DNA of 64,000 nucleotides from Myxococcota bacterium (GTDB lineage Bacteria > Myxococcota_A > UBA9160 > SMWR01), in NCBI GenBank assembly GCA_036336695.1, contig JAYZFQ010000084.1, positions 9,726 to 73,725 of the forward strand, written 5' to 3'. Below the pieces are notes generated by a model that was not told the DNA's origin, did no database searches, and was given only the letters and a program-made list of their open reading frames with translations. Shown here in pieces: positions 9,228-19,215 of this stretch (its first letter is position 1; every line of letters begins with the position of its first letter). Position numbers and translations under genes: made by a program.

Positions 9228-10097
9228 ATGACGGACAGCGCTGCGCCGAGACTGGATGGGAAGATCGCCCTGGTGACCGGGGCGAGTCGGGGACTGGGAC
9301 GCGCGATCGCCCAGCGCCTTGCCGCCGCGGGGGCGACCCCGGTCGTCACGGCCCGGAGCCTCGACCGTACGGTGGCGGAGCCCGGAACGCTCCGGGAAAC
9401 CGTCGCGCTCATCGAAGCCAGCGGTGGTACCGCGATCCCCCTCGCGGCTGATCTCGAGAACGCGGACGACCGGGCGGCCCTGGTCGGACGTGCCGTCGAA
9501 GCGGCGGGGGGGCTCGACATCCTGGTCAACAACGCGGGCTACGCCCAGTACGCCGGGATTGCCGCGATGTCCGACGACGTGTTCGATCAGACGCTCGGCC
9601 ACTACTTGCGTGCGCCTTTTGCACTGTCCCGGGCCGCCATCCCGCACCTGGAAGCGCGCGGGGCGGGTTGGATCGTGAACGTCGGGTCAGTGACGGCGCT
9701 CCCGCCCCTGGAGCCCTACAGCTGGTTCGACGTCCACGGGGGATCGACGCTCTACGCCGCGGTGAAGGCGGCTCTCGACCGCTTTACCCAGGGCCTCGCT
9801 GCGGAACTCCTGGAGCGCGGGATCGCCGTCAACATGGTGGCGCCGTCGACCGCCATCAAGACGCCGGGCTCGGCCCGGCACATTCCGGAAGACTATCCAA
9901 CGGAAGACGTGGCCTATTTTGCCGAGTCTGCGTTGCAACTCTGCCACCTGCCGGCCGCGAAGCGGACGGGAAGGCTCGTCTACAGCATGCACTTCCCCGG
10001 CACAGAGGGCTTCCCGGTCTACAGCTTGGATGGCGCGCGGAGAATGCCGCCTCCGGAGATCCCGGAAACGGCGCACCCGGGTCTGCTGGACCGCTGA
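9228..10097 (+). CDS. Short-chain dehydrogenase/reductase
   Basis: TGASRGLG, DILVNNAG, YAAVK (YxxxK). Confidence 0.93.
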   Translation: MTDSAAPRLDGKIALVTGASRGLGRAIAQRLAAAGATPVVTARSLDRTVAEPGTLRETVALIEASGGTAIPLAADLENADDRAALVGRAVEAAGGLDILVNNAGYAQYAGIAAMSDDVFDQTLGHYLRAPFALSRAAIPHLEARGAGWIVNVGSVTALPPLEPYSWFDVHGGSTLYAAVKAALDRFTQGLAAELLERGIAVNMVAPSTAIKTPGSARHIPEDYPTEDVAYFAESALQLCHLPAAKRTGRLVYSMHFPGTEGFPVYSLDGARRMPPPEIPETAHPGLLDR

Positions 10098-10288
10098 GTC
10101 CCCTGGGCCGGCCTCAGAATCAAGGGCCCCCAAAGGATTGGCGCCGGGTTCTGCGCACGGAAAGCGATTGGCCTGCCGGTTCCGTTCGGTTGGATGCGCC
10201 GAAACCGAACTCCAGGAGCGGCGATGCGTTAGTTTCTGGATAGCGTGGCGGACCCGTTCCGTTGGTGGTCGCCGCTGTGAGGAGGCCC

Positions 10289-10630
10289 ATGACGCGAGAG
10301 GCTGCCCTGGCGGACCTGAGCAGCGAGGAGCGGATGCTCCTCATGCGGTTCGTCTGTTCCTTCGCTTGGGCCGATTTGAAGATCACGGCGGAGGAGCGCT
10401 CCCTGGGTACCCGCCTGATCGCGCGTCTCGACCTCGACGAAGAGGAGCGGCGTCAGGTCCAGGAGTGGTTGAAGTTACCGCCTGCGCCCGATTCCGTGGA
10501 TCCGGCGGACGTGCCCCACCGCTTCCGCGTGCAGTTTCTGCGGGCGATGGAGACGATGGTTTCCATCGATGGCGAGGTGACCGATGAGGAGCGCGAGGCC
10601 GTGATCATCTTTGCGCAGCTCACGCGGTAG
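10289..10630 (+). CDS. TerB-like family protein
   Basis: AWADLKITAEER and IDGEVTDEER twin motifs; GGAGG RBS. Confidence 0.8.
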   Translation: MTREAALADLSSEERMLLMRFVCSFAWADLKITAEERSLGTRLIARLDLDEEERRQVQEWLKLPPAPDSVDPADVPHRFRVQFLRAMETMVSIDGEVTDEEREAVIIFAQLTR

Positions 10631-10664
10631 AAGCCGCGTGGCGTCCGAAGGACGGGAATTTCGA

Positions 10665-11294
10665 ATGGTGATGCCCAGAAGTAGTCTTACCCACGGAAGC
10701 CTCGCAGCGTGTAGCCGGACCGCCGGCGCAGCGTGCAGGGCCGCGATCAGTGCTGTCGTCCTGGTGACCGTGCTGGCGGGGGGGAGCCCCGCCCGCGCCG
10801 CCCAGAGTCAGCAGGACGAGCGGTTGGTCGGGTACAACCTGCTTGCGGAGTCCCTGTCCGGCGAGGCGTCCCTCAATTGGCTCTACCTGATGCGGGAAGT
10901 CACGCTCAAGGGGCCGCAGAAGGAAGTCGGGCGCCTGATGAAACGCATCAGCAAGATCTCCAAGCAGCGGGCCGAGGAACTCGAAGGACTCCGAAAACTC
11001 GCCCCCGATGTCACGGCCAGCCCGCCGCCGAGCCCGCTTGGGGACGCCATTCAGAACGCGGCGAAGGGCCTGGGCACGAAGGAGATGATCTTTTCCGACA
11101 AGAGCTTCGACATGCGTTTCCTGCTCCTGCAGGCTCAGGCGACGCGGATGATCGCCGTGATCGCCGAGGAAACCGCGAAGATCGATCCGAACGAGCGGCG
11201 GAAGGCCTGGCTCGACGAGCTTTCCAAGGAATATGAGGCACTGCGCGAGGAGATCGTCGTCGCCGTGAAAGCCTGCAGGATCGGCTCTCCCTAG
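10665..11294 (+). CDS. Hypothetical secreted helical protein
   Basis: Hydrophobic signal-like segment ending PARA-A, followed by a charged helical body; start uncertain. Confidence 0.6.
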   Translation: MVMPRSSLTHGSLAACSRTAGAACRAAISAVVLVTVLAGGSPARAAQSQQDERLVGYNLLAESLSGEASLNWLYLMREVTLKGPQKEVGRLMKRISKISKQRAEELEGLRKLAPDVTASPPPSPLGDAIQNAAKGLGTKEMIFSDKSFDMRFLLLQAQATRMIAVIAEETAKIDPNERRKAWLDELSKEYEALREEIVVAVKACRIGSP

Positions 11295-11389
11295 GTCACC
11301 ATTGCAAGCTGCGTTGCGTCCGCGACGCATGCATCGCGGCCCTTCCCCGGGTCGCCAACCCGAGCAACGGGCTGGTACCATGCCGCCCG

Positions 11390-12208
11390 ATGTGTGAACT
11401 CTTCGGCATGTCGAGCAACGCAGCCGTCAGCGTCAAGTACTCCCTCGAGGAGTTTTCGAAGCACGGCGGTCTTACCGCGGAAAACAAGGACGGCTGGGGC
11501 ATTTCCTTCTACGAAGAGAAGGAGGCGCGCCTCATCAAGGAGCCGGCGCCGGCCGCATCGAGCCCGTGGGTGCGCTTCGTGGCGGACCAGTATCTGCGAA
11601 GCGACTGTGTGATCGCACACGTGCGCCTCGCCTCGCGCGGCGAGCCCCGATTCGAGAACACCCACCCGTTCGATCGCGAGCTGGCCGGGCGCCGTCACAT
11701 CTTCGCCCACAACGGGTCGTTGGACGGTTTCCGCGAGGGCCTGCCGCTTGGGCGGGAGCTGTATCGGCCGATCGGAGACACCGATTCGGAGCATGCGTTC
11801 TGTGCTCTGCTCGGGCGACTCCACGATGTGTGGTGACAAAAGGATGTGCCGTCGCTCGACGAGCGGATGGAGATCGTTGCCGGCTTTGCCGCGGATGCGC
11901 GGAAGCTGGGCCAGGTGAACTTCCTCTACTACGACGGGGATACGCTCTTCGTGCACGCGCACAAGCGGCGCTGGGAGAAAAACGGCCAGCGGAGCGAACC
12001 GCGCTCTCCCGGTCTCCATCTGCGAAAGATCGAGAGCCACCTGGCCGGTGAAGGTGTGAACGTGGGCGGGTTGCAGGTCGACTGTCCGGAGCAGGACGTC
12101 CTGCTGTTCGCGAGTGTTCCGCTCGGACGGGACGGCTGGCTGCCGATCGACGCGGGCACGTTGCTGGCCGTCCAGTCGGGCCGGGAAGTCGCGCGCGTCG
12201 CGCCCTAG
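11390..12208 (+). pseudogene. Class II glutamine amidotransferase (YafJ/EgtC-like) interrupted by an in-frame TGA at 11834-11836
   Basis: N-terminal MCELFG, DGWG, AHVRLAS, NTHPF, FAHNG, GDTDSE. ORFs 11390-11836 and 11846-12208 share a frame, and the second holds NFLYYDG and FASVPL. Confidence 0.75.
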
Positions 12209-12227
12209 TTCGGCGCTCTAGGGTGGG

Positions 12228-13055
12228 TCAGGCAGGGCGGTAGAGGAGTCCGTCCGCAGTCCACACGTCCAGCATGCGGGCAAGGCGGGTCGCCGCCTCG
12301 TGGGGTGCCACACGTTTCGCAACGAGCCCGGCGATCCGGTCGAGGGTCGTTCCCGGGGCCGACAGGGCTGCGAGGCAGCGCGCCTCGGTGGGGTCCGACG
12401 GCCGGTGGAAGACTTCGAAGCCGCGGCGCCAGACGCAGACCGCCACCCGAGGCTCCGGCGAATCGTCGCGAATCGCGGTGCGCGGGTGGTGTTCACTCCA
12501 GAGCGAGAGACCGGCCCGGCTGAGATGGAGCAACCGGGCGGCGGGAACCAGCGCGAGGCGAACACTCTGGCGCGCATCTGTCGTCGCGTCGAGCAGTTGC
12601 TGTCTCGTGAGAGGCGTGGTGTCTGCCGCGTCGAAGCAGTCCAGGCGCGCCAATTCCAGGGCGGCGAGGTCGGCAATTCCGGGCGTCGTCCGCGCGATCT
12701 CGTGAGATGCCAGGAAGTCGGGAAGCGGGCGCCCGAAGTCCCGGAACGAGTGCTGTGTCGGGGGGCGTTCGAGCAGGAAGTCGCTGACCAGATCTCGGAA
12801 GGCCGTTGCCCCGACACACGAACCCAAGCGGGGGAAATCTGCGGCCAGGGAGTCCCGCAGCTGGTAGAAATACGGATTCGCGTAGATGTCGGCGCGCTCG
12901 GGTCGCTCGTCCCGGTCGATCGCCCGCAACAGGCTCCGCAGCTCTGCGGCTTCCGCCGTGTCGTGGGGGAGAAAGGGGTCCATGCCGCCGGCGAGCAGTT
13001 CGCGCAGCGCGCGTTGGAGCGTTCCGCTGCCTCGGGGAGGCTGCAGGTCAGCCAT
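12228..13055 (-). CDS. DUF2063 / HvfC-BufC-like putative DNA-binding or RiPP-partner protein
   Basis: RADIYANPYFYQLRDSLAADFPRL...VGATAF, FGRPLPDFL, DLAALELARLDCFDAAD, VWRRGF. Confidence 0.8.
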   Translation of the reverse strand: MADLQPPRGSGTLQRALRELLAGGMDPFLPHDTAEAAELRSLLRAIDRDERPERADIYANPYFYQLRDSLAADFPRLGSCVGATAFRDLVSDFLLERPPTQHSFRDFGRPLPDFLASHEIARTTPGIADLAALELARLDCFDAADTTPLTRQQLLDATTDARQSVRLALVPAARLLHLSRAGLSLWSEHHPRTAIRDDSPEPRVAVCVWRRGFEVFHRPSDPTEARCLAALSAPGTTLDRIAGLVAKRVAPHEAATRLARMLDVWTADGLLYRPA

Positions 13056-13365
13056 CGGTGACGACGCTGAGGGCGGGGATCGGCTCCCCTGCGGCAAGCA
13101 GGAATTTCGGTGCGCGCGGTGCCATCCGCATTGCCCCCCCCTTCGGCCTCTACCCCAACGCCGCGCATTGCGAAGGTCCCCGCAGTGCGCCCCCCTTCGA
13201 TCAGCATACATGGATGGACTAGAGCGTGGGGGTTTTACCTGATGCGAGAAGGCAATGAATTTGGTTCAGAAAGGACCCAGGCGGCCTGAACGACGCGATG
13301 GGAGAGAATGTTGTTATTTAACATCGTTCACATACGGTGCTTGATTCCGGCCGCGTGGAGGGGCA

Positions 13366-15261
13366 ATGCCACGTCCGGAGCGCAACTATTCCGGCGTGAG
13401 TAATCCCGCTGCGTCTCGGACGCCGGTCGCCTTGTTGGCCCTGGGGGTCGTCTTCGGCGATATCGGGACGAGCCCCCTCTACGCCTTCCGGATGTGCTTC
13501 TCGCCGGAGGTCGGTCTTACCCCGGACCGGGCAGCCGTGCTGGGCGTTCTGTGCCTGGTCTTCTGGTCGCTCACCGTCGTGATCTCGCTGAAGTACCTGG
13601 CGTATCTCTTGCGGGCGGACCTGTACGGTGAGGGCGGCATCCTGGCCCTGATGACCCTGGCGAACGCATCCTCCCACCCGACCCGCGTCCGGACTGCGGT
13701 GGTCTTCGTTCTCGGCATGTTTGGCGCCGCCCTGCTGTATGGCGATGGGATGATTACTCCGGCGATTTCCGTGCTCAGTGCCGTCGAGGGGTTGGGAGTT
13801 GCGACCACAGCGCTCCAACCCGTGGTGATCCCGATCACGATCGGCATTCTCGCCGCCCTGTTCGCGATCCAGCGCCGGGGCACACGTCACGTCGGTCGCT
13901 TGTTCGGGCCGGTGATGGTGCTGTGGTTTGCGATTCTCGTGGTTCTTGGACTGCGGTGGATCCTCGAGGCGCCGGAAGTCCTGCTCGCGGTCGATCCGCG
14001 CCATGGGGCGCGCTTGGTGGCCGACGATCCGGCCCGTGCGTTTCGGATCCTCGGGTTCGTGTTCCTCGTGGTGACGGGCGGAGAAGCGCTGTACGCCGAC
14101 CTCGGCCACTTCGGGACCCGGGCGACCCGCCAGGCCTGGTTCGCGATCGTGTTTCCAGCAGTCGGAATCAATTATTTCGGACAGGGGGCGCTTCTTCTGG
14201 TGCACCCGGATTCCGTGAGCCACAGCTTCTTCGACCTGGCGCCTAGCTGGGCCCTCTTCCCGCTGGTCGGAGTCGCGACCTTCGCGGCTGTCATTGCATC
14301 CCAGGCCGTCATCTCGGGGGCCTTCTCCCTGACGTTCCAGTGTTTCCGTCTCGGCTTCGCACCCCGACTCGAGGTGCGGCACTACGCCGAAGACGGCGAG
14401 GGCCAGGTCTACGTCCCGTGGGTCAACTGGCTGCTCTTCGCAATGAGCGTGTTGCTCGTGCTTGCATTCGGCTCCTCGGCGGCCTTGGCGAATGCCTACG
14501 GGGTTGCCGTTTCGACGACGATGGTGATCACGACGTTGCTGGCGTGCGTCTATTTCGGCCGGCGCTGGGGCCCGGCCCCAGCGCTGTTGGCAACTGTGGG
14601 CTTCCTGGCGCTCGACCTGCCGTTCTTTTTCGCCAACATCGTGAAACTCCCCGAGGGCGGTTGGGTACCGATTGCCGTGAGCCTGGTGATTTTTGGCGTC
14701 CTCACGACGTGGAAGAAGGGCAGAAGGCTCGAACTGCAGCGGCTGGAAAGTCTGCGTTCCGGGGAGTCGCAGTGGCTCGAGTCCCTGGCAGAGGACCCCC
14801 CGGCGCGCGTTCATGGAACCGCTGTGTTCTTCGACGCGGAGACTTCGGGCATTCCCCGGACGTTGATCCGAAACCTGATCCACAACCGGGTTCTTCACGA
14901 GCGGGTCATCATCTTTTCCGTCGTGACCGATCCGGTTCCTCGCGTTCCTCCGGACGAGCGGACCGAGGTGATACTCCTTGCCCCGGGAACCATTCGAGTC
15001 AACGCGCACTACGGATACATGCAACAACCCAACGTTCCGGTGGTGTTACGGGATCTCGAGGTAGAAGGCTTTCAGTACGACGCGGACACCACGACGTTCT
15101 TCGTCGGTTCGAACGATCTCGTAGTGACCCGCGCGCCGGGAATGACGCGGTGGAGGAAGATGCTCTTCACCTTCCTTTCCCGAAACGCGCTCGATGCGAC
15201 CCAGACCTACCGCACGCCGGTCGGAAGGATGATTTCCCTGGGCGTTCGAGTGAGTCTCTGA
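13366..15261 (+). CDS. kup: KUP/HAK/KT potassium transporter
   Basis: LGVVFGDIGTSPLYA, GEGGILAL, YGDGMITPAISVLSAVEG, TGGEALYADLGHFG, GQVYVPWVNW. Confidence 0.97.
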   Translation: MPRPERNYSGVSNPAASRTPVALLALGVVFGDIGTSPLYAFRMCFSPEVGLTPDRAAVLGVLCLVFWSLTVVISLKYLAYLLRADLYGEGGILALMTLANASSHPTRVRTAVVFVLGMFGAALLYGDGMITPAISVLSAVEGLGVATTALQPVVIPITIGILAALFAIQRRGTRHVGRLFGPVMVLWFAILVVLGLRWILEAPEVLLAVDPRHGARLVADDPARAFRILGFVFLVVTGGEALYADLGHFGTRATRQAWFAIVFPAVGINYFGQGALLLVHPDSVSHSFFDLAPSWALFPLVGVATFAAVIASQAVISGAFSLTFQCFRLGFAPRLEVRHYAEDGEGQVYVPWVNWLLFAMSVLLVLAFGSSAALANAYGVAVSTTMVITTLLACVYFGRRWGPAPALLATVGFLALDLPFFFANIVKLPEGGWVPIAVSLVIFGVLTTWKKGRRLELQRLESLRSGESQWLESLAEDPPARVHGTAVFFDAETSGIPRTLIRNLIHNRVLHERVIIFSVVTDPVPRVPPDERTEVILLAPGTIRVNAHYGYMQQPNVPVVLRDLEVEGFQYDADTTTFFVGSNDLVVTRAPGMTRWRKMLFTFLSRNALDATQTYRTPVGRMISLGVRVSL

Positions 15262-15306
15262 GCGCACGGCTGCGTGGGGTCGCGGTTTCGGCTATCCATG
15301 CGAGCC

Positions 15307-15762
15307 ATGAAGCACAACCCTCGCCGTTGTGGCGCTGCCCTGGGCAGCGTGCTGGTGATCCTCGCGCTCAGCCTTGTGGTGGTGCCTGGGGCCGCGGCGC
15401 GAAAGGCGTGGGACCAGGAGACGGTGACAGGGCTGGCGGCCCAGTTGGCGGAAGCAACCAAGGCCCTGGAAAAGACGCTCCGGCGCGAACCCCACCTGGT
15501 GCAGGCGACCCAGGGCGGTAACCGGAATGCCGTGGGCTTGTGGGAAGCGATGAACCGCCTCAAGAAAGCCACCGCCCAGTTGCAGACCCGGACCGCAGCC
15601 GGCGCCGGTTACGAGGCCACCCTGCCCATCGCGAAGAAGATCCGGACGCTCGTTCGTGACGCCAAACAGCGCGGTGCCCGGCTGCTGAAAACCGAAACGA
15701 TGGACGCGAAGATCGCGCCGGTCCAGGCGCTGCTGGACCGCCTCGCCCCGTACTATTTCTGA
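15307..15762 (+). CDS. Hypothetical secreted helical protein
   Basis: Signal peptide ending PGAAA; mature part WDQETVTGLAAQLAEA...LAPYYF. Confidence 0.65.
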   Translation: MKHNPRRCGAALGSVLVILALSLVVVPGAAARKAWDQETVTGLAAQLAEATKALEKTLRREPHLVQATQGGNRNAVGLWEAMNRLKKATAQLQTRTAAGAGYEATLPIAKKIRTLVRDAKQRGARLLKTETMDAKIAPVQALLDRLAPYYF

Positions 15763-15814
15763 AGCGCCCGGTGACGGACAGGCTCCCACCGTCCGATCCG
15801 GGATGCCGCACGAC

Positions 15815-16972
15815 CTAGCCGAGTGAATCGACGCTCACGACCTCGGTCTCGATCGGCGGCGCGGGTTCTTCGGGAAGCAGGAACCGCCAGAAGAGCATGC
15901 CCTCGCGCATTCCGGCGGTGTCGATCCAGTTCTCGACGCCCGGATCCCGGTGGGCCACGGCGATCTCGAAGCTGCCATCTGCGGCACAGCGAACCTGGCG
16001 ACGGTTCAGGGAAACCTGTCGGAAGCGGTAGGGCGGTGTCTGCAGGCGGCGGTTCCACAGCACGACGTTCGCGAAGCGGCAGCGGGGGAATCGCCCCCGC
16101 ATCACCAGCGCCTGGTCGGCTTCGAGTTCGTAACGCGTCTGGAGATACGCGTTGTCCTTTGCCGCGTATCCGATCGTGGTGTTGCTCTCTTCGTAGGCGG
16201 AGTTGTCGAAGCGATTGACTTCATTGGAAACCCAGGAGGGCATGATCTCGGGGGACAGCTCCGGGAAGTCGACGGTCAGGGCGCGTGCGAAGTTGATCAC
16301 CCGTTGAACTCCCGCTGCGATGGCAGCATCGTCCATCGGCGGCGCCGGGCCGGGATCTTCGAGGGGCTCAATCCACAACGGGACGTGGAACGTCGGGTCC
16401 GCTGCCACGCTTCGCTCCCATTCCCAGTAGTGCCGGGTCGTGATGCTGCCGGCACCCGGTTCGAGCCGGAGCCAGTTCCCGGAGTGACGCTCGGGGCTTG
16501 CGATGATCTCGTAGCTGCCGTCGGCGGCGATATCGAACTCCGTGTCGTTCAACGTCGCGATGACACCCTTCGACATGTGACCGTCATCGGCCCCGGCCTC
16601 GACGCTGAAGGACGTGTAACAGGCACCGTGGACGTTGCCGCGGATGCGGTACGTGCCGGCGGGGTCTGCAATGGCGCCGTAATAGACCGCGTCGGGGTTG
16701 TCTCCGAGGAGCTTCTTCGTCGGACTCAACCAGCGGTGAAAGACCGGCCGCATGGGATCCACGTCGAAGCAGCACTGAAAACCGTGCTGCAGGGCGTTCG
16801 CCACGAGATAGCGTCCCGCATTCCGGCCTTCGATGCTGTCCATCTCCGGATGCGTGGCAATGTACTTCGCCTCGATCTCGATGAGCTGGGAAGCGAGGTT
16901 CTCGAAGGCAGCCGCAGCAGCGTCGTCGCGCTGCTGGGTTTCGGCCGTGTTGGTAGCGCGTTGGCTCGCCAT
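15815..16972 (-). CDS. DUF1214 domain-containing protein
   Basis: LGDNPDAVYY, YRIRGN, DGSYEIIAS, DGSFEIAVAHRDPGVENWIDTAG. Confidence 0.85.
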   Translation of the reverse strand: MASQRATNTAETQQRDDAAAAAFENLASQLIEIEAKYIATHPEMDSIEGRNAGRYLVANALQHGFQCCFDVDPMRPVFHRWLSPTKKLLGDNPDAVYYGAIADPAGTYRIRGNVHGACYTSFSVEAGADDGHMSKGVIATLNDTEFDIAADGSYEIIASPERHSGNWLRLEPGAGSITTRHYWEWERSVAADPTFHVPLWIEPLEDPGPAPPMDDAAIAAGVQRVINFARALTVDFPELSPEIMPSWVSNEVNRFDNSAYEESNTTIGYAAKDNAYLQTRYELEADQALVMRGRFPRCRFANVVLWNRRLQTPPYRFRQVSLNRRQVRCAADGSFEIAVAHRDPGVENWIDTAGMREGMLFWRFLLPEEPAPPIETEVVSVDSLG

Positions 16973-17125
16973 GGCAGTCTCCCTCGCTCGAAGTATGACA
17001 CAATGACCCGAACGGGCGTCGGCCCGGGAGACCTGGGCGGCGTCGTTTCGATCGAGGTCGATCCGGGCGGTGCGCGTTCCGCCGGGATCCTCGGCTCGGA
17101 TCGCGTTCGAGAGCGGAGGAATCCC

Positions 17126-18580
17126 ATGGCGAGTACATCGGAACTGAGGATCGCGGTCATCGGCGCGGGACCTGCCGGGATCGTCACCGGGCGTGAACTC
17201 CTCGCCCAGGGATTCGACCGGTTCACCATCTTCGAGAAGGCCGCCGCTGTGGGGGGCACCTGGCATCTCCATTCTTATCCGGGCTTGGCATGCGACGTGA
17301 AGGCGGCGGCGTATACGTTTTCCGGGCATACGCGGCCCGATTGGACGCACTCCTTCGCTGAACGCCACGAGATCGAGGTGTACCTCCAGCGCTGCGCGTC
17401 GGAGTTCGGGCTCGACCCCCACGTTCGTCTCGATACCTGCATCGTTTCTGCTCGGTACCAGCCGGGCGGCACCTGGGAGCTCTTCAGTGCTGCCGGGGAA
17501 CGGTTCGAATTCGACGTGGTGATCAATGCCATGGGCAACCAGCACACGCCCCTCTATCCGGACCTGACGGGCATGGATTCTTTCGAAGGCGATTCCTGGC
17601 ACTCGACACAGTGGAACCACGAGGTTTCCCTCGAGGGGAAGCGCGTAGCGGTTGTCGGGTCTGCGGCGGCTGCCGTTCAGATCGTTCCCGAGGTGGCCAA
17701 GGTGGCGGGGCATCTCTATGTGCTCCAGCGAACACCGAACTGGATCTTGCCGCGTGGGCGCAAGCCCTATGCAGCCTCGACCCGGGCCATGTTGCGTCTG
17801 GGCTTCCTGCAGACCCTGCACCGCGGTCTGCACCGCAAGATCATGCACCTCGCTGCCGGAGCGTTCCTGCTGGGCCACAAGACCCAGGCGCGCGTCGAGT
17901 CCATGGGGCGCAGACACCTCGAGAAGTCGATCCGGGATCCCGAGCTCCGGGAACTGGTGCGGCCGAAGTCCCGTTTCGGCTGCAAGCGCCCCTTGATGTC
18001 CGACTGGTTCTACCCCGCGCTCGAGCGCGAAAACGTCACGCTCGTTCCTGCAGCGGCGAAGACCGTGAACGAAACGGGTCTCGTGACCGATGCGGGCGAA
18101 GAACTCGCCGTGGACGTGATCGTCTACTGCACCGGGTACAAAGTCATGGATTTCGACCGGATCGATGTTGTCGGCAGGAACGGAGCATCCCTGGGAAAGC
18201 GACTCGCAGAAGCACCGGAGGCCTACAAGGGCTTCGCGGTTCCCGGCTTCCCCAACCATTTCTTCGCCCTGGGGCCGAACTCGCTGGTCCCGACGGCTTC
18301 GTTCTTCGATTCAGCGGAAGTGAACGTCGCCTGTATCGTCCGCTTGCTGCGGGAAAAGCAGGAGGCGGGGATTCGCGCCATGGAGGTGCGGGAGAGCGCA
18401 CTCCAGGCCTACAACGCTTGGATCCAGGGCGAGCGAGAGGCTTTTTCCTGGGGTGTCGATGCATGCAGCAGCTATTACCGCACGCCTGCGGGTCACACGC
18501 CCTTTCTCTTCCCCGGCGAAATCACCGTGTACAAGCGGCAACGCGACGCATCTGGACTCCACGACTTCGAAGCCGTGTGA
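17126..18580 (+). CDS. Flavin-containing / Baeyer-Villiger-type monooxygenase
   Basis: GAGPAG, GGTWHLHSYPGLACDV, FEGDSWHSTQW fingerprint, QRTPNW, GCKR, CTGY. Confidence 0.93.
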   Translation: MASTSELRIAVIGAGPAGIVTGRELLAQGFDRFTIFEKAAAVGGTWHLHSYPGLACDVKAAAYTFSGHTRPDWTHSFAERHEIEVYLQRCASEFGLDPHVRLDTCIVSARYQPGGTWELFSAAGERFEFDVVINAMGNQHTPLYPDLTGMDSFEGDSWHSTQWNHEVSLEGKRVAVVGSAAAAVQIVPEVAKVAGHLYVLQRTPNWILPRGRKPYAASTRAMLRLGFLQTLHRGLHRKIMHLAAGAFLLGHKTQARVESMGRRHLEKSIRDPELRELVRPKSRFGCKRPLMSDWFYPALERENVTLVPAAAKTVNETGLVTDAGEELAVDVIVYCTGYKVMDFDRIDVVGRNGASLGKRLAEAPEAYKGFAVPGFPNHFFALGPNSLVPTASFFDSAEVNVACIVRLLREKQEAGIRAMEVRESALQAYNAWIQGEREAFSWGVDACSSYYRTPAGHTPFLFPGEITVYKRQRDASGLHDFEAV

Positions 18581-18648
18581 TTTCGCGTCGGGGCGGGTCG
18601 CTGCCAGCTTGCGGGAGGCTTGCCCGGGGCCTTCCCGCGCCCCCTGGG

Positions 18649-19215
18649 TCAGCGCGGAGCTGGGGCGCTGTACTTCGGCGTTGCAGCTGGTGCGACTCGC
18701 GGCTCCGGTGCCTTCCCCTGAGGGGCATCGCTCTGCTGGGCCAGCACGTGGGTCATGTGCCGCGCGAGACCGGCGACTTCGGTCATGTGCGCGGGGCTCG
18801 CCAGGCCACCGAAGCGTTCCGCAAGTGCGGTTTCGGCACGCGCCACGGCGAGGCGGCCGCTGTCGGTCGTTTCCAGCGCGATCCCACGACGATCCGAGGG
18901 CACCCGCGCCCTCGCCAGCAGCCCCAGGTGCTCCAGTCCGTTGACCAGTGAGGTCAGGGTGGGACGGCTGACTCCGAGGCGTGCCGCCATCGTGCTGGCG
19001 CGGCTCGGCCCTGTGGTGAGCTCCGACAGCAGCCGGTACTGAGGCAGGCTAATCCCCGTAGATTGGCAAGCCTGCTCGGCGAGCCGCGCCAGCTTGGCGA
19101 GCAGGCGCAGACCGAGCCGCATGTCGTCGGTGATCTCCGGAGTGGCCGGGGATCGATCGTCATCGTGCATGATGCCGTTCCTCCGGTTGGGTTGGATCGC
19201 CAGGTTGGTTGCCAT
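18649..19215 (-). CDS. MarR family transcriptional regulator
   Basis: ISLPQYRLL...LGVSRPTLTSLVNGLE..GLL...DRR; GGAGGT RBS. Confidence 0.9.
   Translation of the reverse strand: MATNLAIQPNRRNGIMHDDDRSPATPEITDDMRLGLRLLAKLARLAEQACQSTGISLPQYRLLSELTTGPSRASTMAARLGVSRPTLTSLVNGLEHLGLLARARVPSDRRGIALETTDSGRLAVARAETALAERFGGLASPAHMTEVAGLARHMTHVLAQQSDAPQGKAPEPRVAPAATPKYSAPAPR

Noticed and set aside
13170-13202. Similarity (GATCGAAGGGGGG, CCGCAGTGC) between the DUF2063 upstream region and 32906-32933
   Set aside because: Short, rearranged and G-run dominated; cannot be distinguished from chance by eye.
13056-13366. Possible c-di-AMP (ydaO) riboswitch upstream of kup
   Set aside because: Conserved ydaO segments (GCYGAAUC, GGAACCA, CCCGUCAGCUAAC) were not found; an Rfam scan would be decisive.
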